Part shown: positions 38,622 through 52,300 of the stretch, one piece after another
How positions within the stretch are numbered: the first letter of the stretch is position 1
Layout of the letters: each line of letters begins with the position of its first letter
Assembly: GCA_038496445.1 (NCBI GenBank)
Contig: JALMLS010000501.1
Coordinates: forward strand, 1 to 59,029
Direction: 5' to 3'
Length of the DNA stretch: 59,029 nt
Origin: Trichosphaerium sp. ATCC 40318
Lineage: Eukaryota; Protista; Tubulinea
Notes under the pieces: generated by a model
Told to the model about the DNA's origin: nothing
Database searches by the model: none
Seen by the model: the letters and a program-made list of their open reading frames with translations, nothing else
Program-made: the position numbers and the translations under genes

Positions 38622-41600
38622 CTAAAGAAGCGTAGTTTGAAGAGCTAAAACGCGCTGTTGAAGATCCTCCTCGTCGCCCTCAATTTTTGAGAAGTTATCA
38701 AGCAGAAACTTCAAGTTTCTACGCTTACTACGTTGTTTAACCAACTTTTCAAGGTCTCGAGAGTAACGAGTAGCGGCTTTAACCTAAATCCGTAAAATCA
38801 GAATTTTGCGCAGTTTCATTTTCGAAATAGGTCATTTGGCATTTAAAGACGATACGTACAACGGTTTTAGGTAGTCTAGCAAGTCTTGCAACGTTTAAAC
38901 CATAACTTCTCGCTTCTACTCCTCTTTCTAACTTGTATAGGAATGTCACTCTACAAAAAATAAGGTTAAACGTATGAAGTCCACGATCATATATTTTGTT
39001 CAAAACAGGAAACTAGTCAGGTTTTTTTGTAATATTTGAAACTTTTGTCGGTTCCTCCTTCGTACCTATCATTTTCTTCGTCCTCTCCCGCAAGAAAGGC
39101 CATATGACAGTTAATAACGCTTGAAGAGAACGTTGCCTCCAAGTTTGCAAGCGAAGGATAATGTGTCACAAAAAGACAGTAAGGTTTTAATTGTTGTACT
39201 AAATGGTGAACGACAGCATAAGCTATAGCAACACCATCGTGAGTAGAAGTCCCTCTACCGAGCTAAAGAGGATTTTAACCGACAGTTTTTAAAAGAAAAA
39301 GATGAAAAAACTTTGAAGCCGAGTTTCCACAGGGTTTGTCTTTTTTGGACAATAGGCACTGCGTATAGATAAAAGACATTCGAGTGACCAGTTTGATATA
39401 CCTCATCCAATATTACAAGCGAGTTAGACGTCGCAGATTGTAAAATATGTGATGTCTCTTTTAGCTCAACCATGAACGTACTATCACCACTCTGTACGTT
39501 ATCAGAAGCGCCCATTCTAGAAAAAAAGTAAGCTCCACGATCAAAAAGATTTTCCTCCTTTGGTTACAGCAAAAACATTTGAAAAACAAAAAAAGCACCT
39601 TGTGAAGATACCATCAAGTGGATGAAGTTGTAAATTATCTGCAGGTACAAAACAACCAAGCTGGGCCATTATAGCAAGCAAAGCAACCATCCTAGTACAA
39701 CAGTCAAGGAGCGGGGAAATAATATGAATAGTTGACCGAATATCGGAAAAAATATAACGAATACGTAGTATATGATCAATCTAACCTTGTATAACATGTT
39801 TTACCACCCATGTTAGGTCCTGTTAATATCATACATTTTGTCCCTTCATCTACCATTTCTAGACCATTAGTAACGAATTGGTCTGTTAGGAGTTCTACGA
39901 TAGGGTGTCGTCCTTCTTCGATGATAAACTGGTTTTGTGTATATGTTAGTTCGAGTAAAAGCGAGTGCAGGTATGAAGTTTTGAGTATTTGTTAAAACTA
40001 TGTGACGTTGAGAACATCCCCGAAACTTTTTAGACCCTTTCACGCACAAACAACGTTGTTGGCGCACTTGGAGTATATTTTTTAATTCGAAAAGAGCGAA
40101 AAGAGAAGTTTCGTTTTTGCGTGCAACGGCAATGCTCGCTTTATTATGTAAACTTGTCTTCTAGTACCTTTTTTGCGTCATCTACGATTTCTGGTCGCGA
40201 GTAGCCGTCCATATTCGCAACTTCTGCAAATGAGTACAAGCAATCCAACTGAGCTACTATACGCATAACCTTTTGGAATTTGGAGTACTTGGTCCCAAAT
40301 TCGCTTAAAAAAACTGCGTTAGTTTCACGTAGTGGCACTTTACAAAAAAGGTTGAGCGCTAGAAATACAAATAACGTTGTTTGTATGTACCCAAGGAACT
40401 TTTGCCATGCTGCTTGAGCTTCCAATAGTAATCGTTCTCCCCATTGTTCCAGTAACTTTATTTGTTCATCAATGTATGGCGTATGAAATCTCTTTACGGA
40501 CTTTGTACTAGACAACGAGTAAGTTTTACTCGAGTAAGTCGGTTTTTTTTTTCTTTGAGCTCCAACTTTTCACAATAATTTTTTTCGAAGTCTCAGAAAA
40601 TTAGAAGGTTAAATAGTTGCTATAGATGTTTACCTTCCCATGATTATCCAATCTGAGGGTATTTTAACTTTTGTTGTCTTTTTTACTTCTATCAGATACT
40701 ACAACACTGTCAATTTTTTGGAACAACATGAAATAAATAATTATGAGGTTCCATCAACATTGTTTGCCCAAAAAATGATCCGGTTGCTTACTTGTGCAGT
40801 AGACATATGTGTATACTTCATTTTTGGGTCTTTCAGTATCCGTCTAATATCAAAAAGATGTGCCGACAATGTGTCATCTATTTCCCGAATACTCTTTGAT
40901 AAACAAACGTCAGCACTAATAAATAACGACAGAATAAAATGGGTACAGCGTAAACAACATTTTAAACTTGCGACTGGCCATAAATGGTATTGTCAAAAAA
41001 TCGAACATGTAAAAAAACAAAACTCAGGCGCACATTCTTTGCAGACGCTATCGCAGGGAACAGTGATAAATCTTTGAATAAATCTTCTAACTTTCTTTTC
41101 TTGTCGGTGTGTTCTATGTTGATAGACCCAAGAAAGTACTTCAACTCTTGCGTGAGATCTGGCATAGTTGTGAATAACTCACGTAAGAGTGGACTATCCA
41201 AGTTTTCGATACTCTACAAAACCCCAAAATCGTTAGCATGGCTCAAAGTAGCGTAAGGAAACTATTTGTAATAAAACAACGGCTTTTTAACGTTGTTTGA
41301 AAAACTTTTTTCAAAATGTCGTCACAACGCGTAAAAATAACGAGAAACGCCGAAAACATAATTTCCGTTTGTAATTAGAGCGTAGCGACTGGTTTTTAAA
41401 TTTTGTTTTTCTTTTTACCTCTTCGGATGGTCTAACATCTTGTAATGCTCGAAAACCGAGTAACACCGTAATAAACTCCTCTACAGTGCACTTTTTGTAG
41501 TAGATGCGAGTTATACCTCTTTCTAAATCGGGAAGACATCGTAACGTTTGGGCCCAAGAGCTTAACATTTCTGATGTTTGTTGGGCTATTTCAGCTACTG

Positions 41601-44000
41601 CATCAAGGCGTGCGTCGATGGCTCTATGCCCGCGGAATTAAATTTTCGGGGCGACCGTAATAACAACGAAAACAAAATATGTTTTTTATCAGTGTAAAGG
41701 TTAAAAACGCTGGTGTCGTACTGTTTTTTGATGAGGGGTTGTTTCATCCATTCTATGAGTTGTCGACGCCCGAAACGTGTTAGAGTGTGATCTATTACCC
41801 ATAAGAGGGAACCTTTCTCTTCTCCGGTCGCTATATGACGATATTAGGTTATAAAAAGGAGAAACCATCGATTTCGAAACGTTTTATTCAGAAAATACGA
41901 AAAGCAAAACGAGTACCATCGAACAAAAAAAAACGCCAAAAAATACCTTTGTTTGTCATTATTTCCAGGTTATCTAATGTTGTACCATCTAACTTCATGT
42001 GGTTCAATTGCATAAAGTGTTTGATATTACAATCAAGGCAAAAGAGACCTTCCAACTAAAGAAAACATTATCAATAAAACAGGAAAAAAAGCACGTGCGT
42101 TGAATGTCGTCAAGTGATCAATGAGCACACCAAAGCATCGTTGTATTGGTGTTGGGAGTTCGAGAATATAATCCAGTGATTTTGTAGTTTGCTCAGTGGA
42201 TTTATCGCCTTCATCCTAATAGTAAATTTAATCACAAGGTTCAACATTGTGTTAAGCAAAACTTACGCACAGTTACAACTAAATTCTTTTTGTACAAATC
42301 TTGAATGGCATCTTTGGTCGTAAGCTCGTCATACAGGGTGTTTGGTTTCTTCTCAAGCCTGGCACTATCTCCACTCGAGCGCGTACTAACAAAAAACATA
42401 GTCAGTTCGATTGCGTTGAGATATGAGAAGCACGAACCGAGTGAAGTGTTCTATTAGTTTTTCAGTTTCCTCAGACAAGTTTTCTGGTATTAACAGTTCA
42501 CAAGGGTTGATATGCGATAACCGCGTATCAAGCTCGGTACGTAAGAAAGTGTCTTCAAACGAATCAAACAGAATCTCCCCTGTGGTAGCACGTATTGCCT
42601 AAAAATGGTAAATAAGAAACAGATTAAAATAGATAAATACTTTACACAAACTCTTCGCGTACCACAAGGCTGATTTGGGCAGTTCTTTTATCCTTTTCTT
42701 CCTCGTAAAGACACAGTAAATATCTAGCAGTGCCACTCCCAACGCTCGCTCCACCCAAAGGATCATCAACCTCTTTTGTTAAAGTTACACAAATTAATTA
42801 ATCAATGAGAGATTAATGTACCGCCAACAAGTGTCGATTTTGTGTACAACGCTGTAAGAGCACGTTCAAATAACTTTGATTTTGTTGTACTCACTGCTTT
42901 TAGCGCTCTTGTTTCTGTTTGTGTAACAACACCGACCTTATGACCGGCCATAGCTAAGCTAAAGACATTGAAGTTAAACACTGTGCTTTCAATATCTTTT
43001 CACCTTACCGTTTTGCGTGCACGTGAAGACGATGAACAGGAAAAGAGGTTGTAAGAACACCACGTTTATATCCAGATCCAATATTAAGTACTTTGGCAGT
43101 GATCTTTGTACGTTGTAAGTAATCTTTTGAAGAACTTCGAAGGATTTTTGGTGTACCTCTGCGTCTTTGTTAAACATTACGTATTTATAACCATTCTCAA
43201 CAAACAGAATAGTATCTTGGTATTTACGCTTAATCTTTGCGTATTGTTCCTCAAATGGTGTCTTCTTTTGCTTCCTTTGTGGTGCCTTTGCAGGAGATTT
43301 TTTGTCTTCATCATCGTCATCTTCTCCTGTACCTGACATTCGCCTTTGATCAAACTTCTTTGCCCAATTTAGGTGGACCTTATTGTCTCTCTTCTAATGG
43401 TGTACGATTATCAAACAATGTTAAATTTCCAGTAAAAAACAATCACTGAAAGCAGTCTAAAGTGACAAGTATTTGTACCGTTGTTTTCAACTTTTGTTGT
43501 ATGAGTTTCACCATGTCTTGTTTGGAATTTGTTGCGTCTGTCATATCAACATCCTTGTTGTTTTTAGTAACGTTAGATTATTGTAGTAGCATAGATAGTA
43601 GTATTGATGGAGTGGATACAGTTTTAAGTGTACAAGTTTAGTCTGTCAAATAAAAGTTCAAAAAACAATATAAAAAGCCTACCTCATTATCGCTTGAATC
43701 GTCTAGGGAATCTGACAGCATTTTCTTCTGTTTTTTTTTGGGTGGTTCATCATCGGCCTTAAAAATGCGTTATTACGCGATTTTCAGTAGTATTGACGCA
43801 CGTCATCGATTTGGCGACGTTTTTGCCCTGTGATTGTCTTTGGTTTTGCTGCGAACTGAATTACAGGTTAAAAAATGCTTTTCGGTGCTATGGCATACCT
43901 GAGAGAAGTTTAGAGCAGGTTTCTTCGCAACCTTCTTTTTTTTTATTTTAATGGTTTTCTTCTTTTTGAAGTACTTGGAGATAGTGTTCTCCTGTGACAT
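38622..44000 (-). CDS. MSH3: DNA mismatch repair protein MSH3
   Basis: [15 protein letters not shown] (MSH3-type, lacks the F-x-E motif); [17 protein letters not shown]; ITGPNMGGK-like [10 protein letters not shown]; MGASDN..STFMVEL; [14 protein letters not shown]; FVTHYP; [10 protein letters not shown]. Confidence 0.93.
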
Positions 44001-44743
44001 CTTTGTAAGTGCCAAAGTTTTCGAGGTAAACGATTTCACGAAAGTTTTAAGCTAGTGCAGCGTACTTAACACATAACCGTTACATCCCGCCAAACTCATT
44101 ATTTAAAAAACCAATCAACAAAAACAAAGCAACCTCGTATGCTGACGTATGCTATTTCAACCGTGAGCACTCGCTCAGGCGAGAGAGTCGTTAAAAAAAA
44201 GGTGGTATTTGCAAGACCATGTGCTTTTGGCTCTGAGTACGTAGATTATGCGTTTATACAACTATTGTAACATTTTACTACAACAGCCCTCAAAAGAGCC
44301 ATGGATCAGTTCGAATTGTACTTTCTTCGTCTTCTATTCAACCCCTGCATTTACTAGTACAGCAAATAGCGCCTGGTGTACGATCAACTTCAGTTTTACA
44401 AGTTTACAATCTGTAGACACTACAATTCACTCGTATGTGTGACGATAAAGGTGTTCTATTCGTCAATAGCCACCAAGTTGGCACTACGCCGTATCAAAGC
44501 AAAAATAAAGACTACACTATTATACTGGGTACAAAGACGATACGTATAACAAGCGATGGCGTACGTACTACTTTTTAGCAGCTGCGATGCAATGTTTTTT
44601 CAGTTTTGCTTTTTTTTTGAAAGCCGTTAACTTTTGTAGGATGCCAAACCGCCCTCTGAACGACCTCAAAAACCAAAATCAACGGAAATTAAGGTACAAT
44701 GTCGCTTACACAGATAATTCCTAACTTCTCTAACTCACTTAAG

Positions 44744-47700
44744 ATGGCCACTACAAGTACTGACCCTAGTTCTCCGCCTACTTCAAGCGGTTTCGATGTT
44801 CATCAGCCAGCTTCAAGTGCTTCCGATAATGATCTTATCTATGCTCCACTATCTCAATCTCAAAAGTTCTCTACTGGACCTGCTCTTTCAGATGACAGTT
44901 TAAAAAGCTCGTTTGAAGCGAAAGCATCCCTGGCAACGGGTAATACCGAGGTTGTTACACCACAGATACCTCCAATGGACCCAGTACAACCAAAGGAAGC
45001 AGTGCAAAAAACACAACCAGCAGCGAAATCAACAGCGAAACAAGCTCAACCTAAAGTTACCAAAGTGAAACTTACAATACCAAAGAAAAAACTTGCTAAG
45101 AAGACACCTGCCAAGGTTACAAAACCTGCCAAAGACATAGATCCTGCTACCATTGTTGATGCAGAGGTACGTATCTCGCGAGTTTTCTTTAAGAACAGCA
45201 TTTGCTTGTCCTTTTTTGGAGTTAACACTCATTTTTTTGGTAGTGGCTTAGGAAGGCTTTGGAACCACACATGGATTGGTTAGCTGCTCATAAAGATGTA
45301 AATTGCGTCCGTAGAATCGCCACAATGCCAAAAGTTGGACCTAAACAAGCTGTGGTGAAACTAGGTGGCAAATATTGTCATGAGGGTATGAACTAGTATT
45401 TTTTTTTGTTTTACCACTAAAACTACCAATTTCTTATTGTACACCACCTGTGGTTTGGCTGTTAGTTCATTCAAACTCGTTTTAAGACCGTGTTCCTGTT
45501 TACTAATGTTTTTTTGTGATAGGTTACGAAGAGGTCCTGAAAGACTTGGGTTTTGTTCGTCACCCTGCGAAAAAAGGAACAAACGATATTAAATTTCGAT
45601 TGCTGCCTTCTGGCAGGTTAAGAAGCATGAAAGATGCGTTAATTAAATATTTTGAAGAACAAGAAGGAGAAGAGTTGGTACGCAACTGCAAACAACTCAT
45701 TTTTTTCGCTCTAAGCCAAAAATAGGCGTTTTGTTTATTTCTCATTATTTTCTCGTCCACGAGGTTAATTAATATTAACTTGTTTTTTGTAAATAGCGTT
45801 CTGATGGTACTATCCCTTCTTCTGATGGGTTGTTATCTTCAGAAGCAGATAGGAGTGGTATACATGGTAGTAGAAATACAACCGGAGGTTCAGCTACTTT
45901 CAACTCTGCAGTAGGCATCAGCGTCACTGAGCAACAAGCGCTCCAACAATGTAGCATTACTCTACCTGAAATAGCACTACCAGGCTTAATGAAACGTACG
46001 TTTGATACTCTAGCCATTCTGTATGAGTGATGTACTAACTTTTTTTCTTTTACAGCTGAGAAGTTTGTACCTAGCATGCCTATAGATGTACCCAATGACG
46101 CAGTTTTTTCAGGCATACCTGATATGCCTAATCCTACACAGGCCCATAAAAGTCCGTTCAGTGAGCTTGAACGTGGTACCGTTCAAGCAGCTCTTCCTGT
46201 ACCATTATCTGCGTTAGCCTTACCGAAGCCTGTTCCTATGGAAGATACTCAAGCAGACGTACCAAGTACCGTCACTACACCTAAGGAAGAAGCTGTTATT
46301 CAGAAGAAGGAAGAATTTGCAAAGCCTTTCACACCTAAAAGGAGGAAAACCATAAAGATCAAAAAGAGAAAAGCAACACCAATCACAAAGAAAAAGCATA
46401 AAGTTTGCACTGTATCTGAAGCAAGGACACAATCTAAGAAGACCGAAGAGTCTCCAAAAGAAGCGCTAGATAAAAAGCTTATGGAGGCAGCAAAAGAAGA
46501 AGAAGCTGCTATGGAGTCAGACGAAGTATCGTTTGAAGAAGAGTCGGATAGCGAGGCTGAAGAGTCAAGAGAAGTTCCACAAGAAGAACCGACACCATTA
46601 TCTGAGCAAAAACCTAAAGTATCTCGTAGAAGAAAGAAGAGTATTGTGATTATTAGAACTCCTAAGAAGAAGCAAAAGCAATCTGTTAAACAGAGTAATT
46701 GTGATAAGGAAAATCTCACACCAAATGACAGACGTAAATCAAAATCGTATGATGATCAATACAATGTCAACAAATACGTCAAAAATGGCTGTACGTTTTT
46801 TCTTTTTTTTTGCACCTTTTTTTTTCTCTTTACTAAGTCATTTCTTAGATGGTCTGGCACCTACTAGAATAGAAGATCAACGTGTTGGTGTAAAACGTAC
46901 TGTTAAAAAACCAGAGCGATTCGTGCCACCTGTTTCTGCCTCTCCAAGAAAAAAATCGAAATCTTTTAAGTCGCCTGCTAAGAAGTCAAAATCAAAAGTC
47001 TCAAAGCAAGACCAACTTGTACAAGTTGTACGTTCTCTTTCTTTGTTTTTTCTCTTTCCCCATCACTTTAGTTCTTTGACTGTTCTTGTACTCACTCTAT
47101 AAACTAGGCCCTTCCGCAGCTTCAATGGTACCCTCCTTTTGCTGCAAAAATAGATCGTATCCCTTTTAAATCGAAAGAAGATTTTTACAAGTACGTGACG
47201 AATGTTTTAGAAAAACCCCATAAATATCTCCTTTCAAATCGTTTTTTTTGCTAGTTGATATGAATATCCCTTCGATGATAATTTTTACACGGTGTTCTTT
47301 TCTTAGGCTAATTACAACGAACTTGTTGTTGCCCGAAGTGACTTTTTTGTTTTTTTTAACCAAATGTTCACTGACTTTTTTTTTGTTTTCTCGTCCTGTT
47401 GTTAACCCGTATTTTTTTTGTTTAGTGCTCCAATGTCAGAAATATGTTTGTCCTTGTTTAAATCCCTTGGTGGATTCAGATCTACTCAAGAACTAAAGTT
47501 TGTATTACAACAATCTGATATTATTCCTAAATTTGTTGTTTCCGCAATCACAGACTCGAACGAAGAGCTCTTAAGTACGTGATTATACTATTTCAAACAC
47601 AGCTTTTTAACACTACCTATAGATCATCTTGTACAATCAGGCGAATTGAAAGCAACTTGGGATACCAGAAACAAGTGCTACGCCTACATCCACCCAGAAG

Positions 47701-48179
47701 CAGCTCCTTACTTTAGTTCTCATGAAACTGGAATTGAATTCGATGCTGACCTTCTTCCTACTACTGATGTACTGGAAAATTTTTCAGAATTATTTGATAC
47801 AATCGCAAAGCTATCAAAGCAAGGCTCTTTTGTTTCAAAAGACACAAGCCTTCACGTGCCAACTGTAGAATTACTTAAGGTTTGTTTTGTAGTTTGTTGT
47901 TTAGTTTTCCCACAAAATTCTTACTTTTAAATTTAGAGGACTCTTGAACAGAACTTGTATCAGCGTCTTGGAGATTTCGTTTATGATATTCTAATGATCA
48001 TAAATTCCGATCTTGTACCTGACGCAAAGCCAGAACACTTTAATGCTGCTTTGGAAGCAAGGGTAAGTGTATCAGGTGTTTTCACTTTTTTATGGCTTGT
48101 TCTTCCTCCAACTTTTTACTTACACTGTTTGCCTTTTTAGCATTCCTTGGTATCAATTCTAGAGACCCATTACTTCTAA
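44744..48179 (+). CDS. Large hypothetical protein, Lys/Glu/Pro-rich, probably nuclear
   Basis: Several long exons (44744-45166, about 46036-46775) joined by GT-AG introns. Many basic NLS-like clusters. Confidence 0.65.
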
Positions 48180-48471
48180 AAGCTATTATAACCGCAAAAA
48201 GTAAATCCAACATGTACAATAAATGCAACCTACCAAACATTAACGGTCTTGCTCTTCTCTTTTTTAGTCGCTGTGGTTTCAATTTTTTTAGAAAACAATT
48301 CACTATTGAATAAAGAATGGTACTACATGAAACATCATGTATTTCTAAACGGGAGAACGCAGTAAAAAATCGTTTGCAGATTTAGGTATTCAAAAAACTG
48401 CAAAGAACAAAACTGGCATTGTAAAAGAAGGAATCAAAGTTATAGTTTGTTGGCTTTTTAGTTTTCATTTG

Positions 48472-49500
48472 TCACATTGTTGTACAATAAAAAGAAGATG
48501 ATTTGATAAGCACCTCATCAACGGTACCAGATATACAACGTAGAATTTCACGTGACACACCTTTGTAGTCCAAAACCTCCGCTTTTTCAAAACATTGTTT
48601 CCAATAAAATGGGAGTACCATTGCAAGCAGTTTTTAGCTGTTCAGCACTTTCCTGTTTGTTTCTTCCGGATACATGGGCAACAAGAAAACTGTTGTAAGC
48701 AGAGTCTATTTTGTGCTTGTTGCTGTTTGACAAGTGCAAGTAAGCCATCACAAAAACAAATGACATTAAATCACCGTTTGGTGTGTAGGCGTGTGTTGAC
48801 TCATCGTTTAGCCACTCCTCGTACACTTGTGGTGCAAACTTGGCGCGTCCACTTATTGGAATAGGTGCTGTGTTTGTTGTGGCAGATCCCCAATCAATCA
48901 ACACATAACGTGGTTCATCTTCAAAAGGTTGAGGTAGAAGCATGATATTCGAAACAGAGATATCTCTGAAGAGGTATGAATGAATAGGGAAGGGGTAAAA
49001 GAGTATGTGTACCTGTGAACAACACCTTTACTGTGAACAAGCTCAAGCGTCTCGATTATTTGTTTTGTCAGCAACACAAAGTCAAATGGAGCATATGTAT
49101 GGTCTTGATTCAGACGATCCAGAATTTGTGTTTCACGATCCAAGTTTGGCTGTACTGGATCCATATCCGTATCCTCTTTGAACTCTTTAAATGCAACATA
49201 CTTTGAAGGATCATTATTGGATAAGTACATCATGTAGACTGTCCCGTGAGCACCCAATCCAAGTACTTTTCTTGGTACATAGTCAACCCATTGATTGTGA
49301 ACACTTTTGATATGTATCCAAGATGGTCAGGTCTGTTAGTTTAATAAACTTACCAGGTCCTTTAATCCTTCACCTGGCATACCTGATTCAATCAAGTATT
49401 TTTCAGGTGTTGCATAGTCTTTAAAAGTTATATCAAATTCAGTCTTTCTGACCATCTTGTTTGTTACATAAAGAACATGAAGTTTCCGTGAATGGAATGA
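48472..49500 (-). pseudogene. Disrupted protein kinase resembling the kinase of CRN/CR effectors
   Basis: LGLGAHGTVY, VAFK, VVHRDIS..N, LIDWGSA and YTPNGDLMSF are present. There are apparent frameshifts near 49341, 49288 and 48625, and subdomains IV-V appear to be missing. Confidence 0.6.
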
Positions 49501-49559
49501 AAAATGCGAAATATATTTAACTGTTTTGACTTCAAAGACACCGCTAATACAGTTCCTTC

Positions 49560-51635
49560 ATGTGGCAAGTAGCTATAGTACTTGTAATTATAGTTGGATG
49601 TGATGCGCTTGTTTTAATTGACGCCAATAATACTGACCGTACTAGATTTTTACTCTTTAAGTATCTTACAATGCTAATGCCTACGTTTCTAGACTTCTTT
49701 GACACTCCTGACATCACGTGGCTCTCAAAAAATATTTGGAAACAGCACGAATCAATATCAGGTATTAATTTCTACGTAGTATTACGTCATGGTGGTATTA
49801 AACCGTGCAAGAGCGTTTAAAAAACGACAAAAAAAGGGAACTACAGTGATGTCTAGCGTTACGCTCTATACACTGTACCCTTCACGTGACACATTATTAA
49901 ATGTTTTATTCTGTTTAAGGTTCAAGGGTGCTAACTCTTTCTGTTACAGGAACTCTTGTTGGTTATACACATCCTAATATTTCTGGAAAGATCGTGTTTT
50001 TGCCTGTTGAGAGCGAAGTGGGGCAATAGCGTTATAGAAATTGCGGAAAGGGGTGCCATTGCTATCGTTATCTTTTTACTGGATAGCCACGGTAGGTAGC
50101 AAAATTAGAACTGCACATTTTACAAGTACTGCAAAAAAGTGAAACCAAGCCGTAACAATTATTTGAATTTGGTTGTCAGTTCTGGTTAGCGTACCAATCT
50201 GACACGTGAGGCGCTGTCTTCTTAGTTATTTTTTTCAAATCCTACTGTTGCTTGTATTCTTTTTTTACCTGTAGATTTGATTTTGCTCGTTGTTTATTTG
50301 TTCGTTTTTGCGCCAAGTTGCTTTCTCATATAACATAGTTGAGCATGGCTCACTAAACTATTTGCGTTTAAACACAGTGAAAAAAATGCCATGTATTGCC
50401 AGTGTGGAAGCTGGAGTAGACCTTGCAGAGATATTAAGAAGTACACTAATGCCGGACAATAGTGGATCTTTCTTAAGTTTCGAAGTCACCTTATTTCCTA
50501 ATGGTAACTAAAATAGTTTTTGTTTTGAACCAACATGGTTGTTCTCAAGTCTTTATTTTAGATCACAACCCTTGGAAAATCACAAATGAAATCGTTTTAG
50601 TACGTGTATAACTCTATTTGCATGAACTAAGACTGTCAATAAGATGTGACAGTACAACTGAACACTTCGAGCTTCTCACATATTTTCATTCTTATTTCTC
50701 TCCATAGGTTTTCTTCTCTGTTCTATTTGGTGGTCTGTGTTTTGGTGTTGTGTTTCTAGGTTCTCAAAAGCTATACTATATCTTCAAAAAACAGAAGCGT
50801 TTCGAGTTATCTTTCCCTATCTTATGCCTTGTCGTTGAAGTTTTTGCAAATACTTGTACGTTACAACTTTCCCCCCTGTTCATAATTTCTAACTCAACAA
50901 CTCAGTACGAGGGACTTATGCTGTTATTGATCCTTTGTACTCTCGAAGGATATTCCCAAGTGTTGTTCATGATATCTTCTTATTTGGGATACCTTCACTC
51001 TCGTTTGCAACCACTATCCTTGCTTCAATGTATTGGTGCGTAACAACACCTACCTGAGTTCATTCAATCTTGTTGTTTACTTGAGTAGGCACGATCTGTT
51101 GCACATTATTAGAAAACATTTCAAGACTGAAACTCATTTAACAAGAAGGGTTCTGATTGCATGGGTGTTTGCGATTTTAGTAGTTATAGTTGCGGACTTG
51201 ACCCTTTCTATTTCAGTTGGACTTCACAACTTGCGATTGTTGGATGTACTGTCTGTTGTCATAGTTGTGTCTATTACATTGGCTGGAGGTATTTATATGA
51301 TAGTTGTTGGATCTTTTGTAATATATGTGGTTACTCAACAGAAACAGAATGCGCTAGCTAGAGTATTCACAAAGGTAACATTTTTGTAAAGCACTTAAAC
51401 ATTGTTCACGTGTTTTACAGGGTTTTTTACATTTTTTTAGATTTTTGTACAGCTGATGATAAGTGCTGTGTTATTTACCTTATCTCCTGTAATTCCAGCT
51501 TTAATGGTAACTGTTATTGATACTGTAACTTCTACAACCATTGCTATTTTTGCTTTTTGGCTACAACTTACTTGCATCAGCTTTCTGCATGTCACGGCAA
51601 TAAAAATAGGAAAGAAAAGACAATGCTTGTGTTAA
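49560..51635 (+). CDS. Signal peptide + PA-like domain + about 7 TM membrane protein (one apparent frameshift)
   Basis: ISGKIVFL..AERGAIAIVIF (PA-like); TM exons with IDP..SR.I and YW. One extra G in the run at 50020-50023 breaks the frame. Confidence 0.65.
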
Positions 51636-52300
51636 AAACTGAATCATCAATAAAGACAATAAATTGGTGAAACAACAAACATTCTCAAATAAAGCTAGCA
51701 TGAACATCAATGAATTGTTATTACCCTTGTTTTATTTTCTTATGTACAAATTGAATTGCACTTATTTTTTTCTAATATTGCAACAAGCAGCCATTGCGCA
51801 CAAGCCACTATTAAGATAAATAACATTGTGATCCAGTATCTCCCATGCCAAAACGTGATGGTACAACGTACAATCTCATTCACGAATGTTTTTGAGTTGA
51901 GGTGTTATTCAAAAGAGTGATGGGTTCTCTTCATCACCAAATTTATTTTTTGATTGAAAACATTATGTGATGAACAACACAACCACCTGTAAAACGGTGA
52001 TAAAACGTTGTATTTAAGCTACCAGCTATACTTTAGCCAGAAGTATTGTATTTGGTTAACACTTTGTATTTGTTTACTACAAGAGTAAATACCAGAAAAC
52101 TGCACGTCAATTATTTTCAACGCTGATAAATTTCACGCAAAGTTGTCTTAGAACTCATCAACCTCTTGCAAAAGTTCCGCTGAAGGTGCTTGCTAAGTAT
52201 TTCAACCAGCTACTGAGACTGGGCCACAAACTCACCTCTAGTTAACTTAGCAAAGATAACAAAAAGATTGTCTCTGAAAGAGTATTTATTAGTACGTCTT

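Noticed and set aside
49333-49353. 21-nt mini-intron GTAAGT..CTAACAG in the kinase pseudogene
   Set aside because: Removing it does not restore an open frame.
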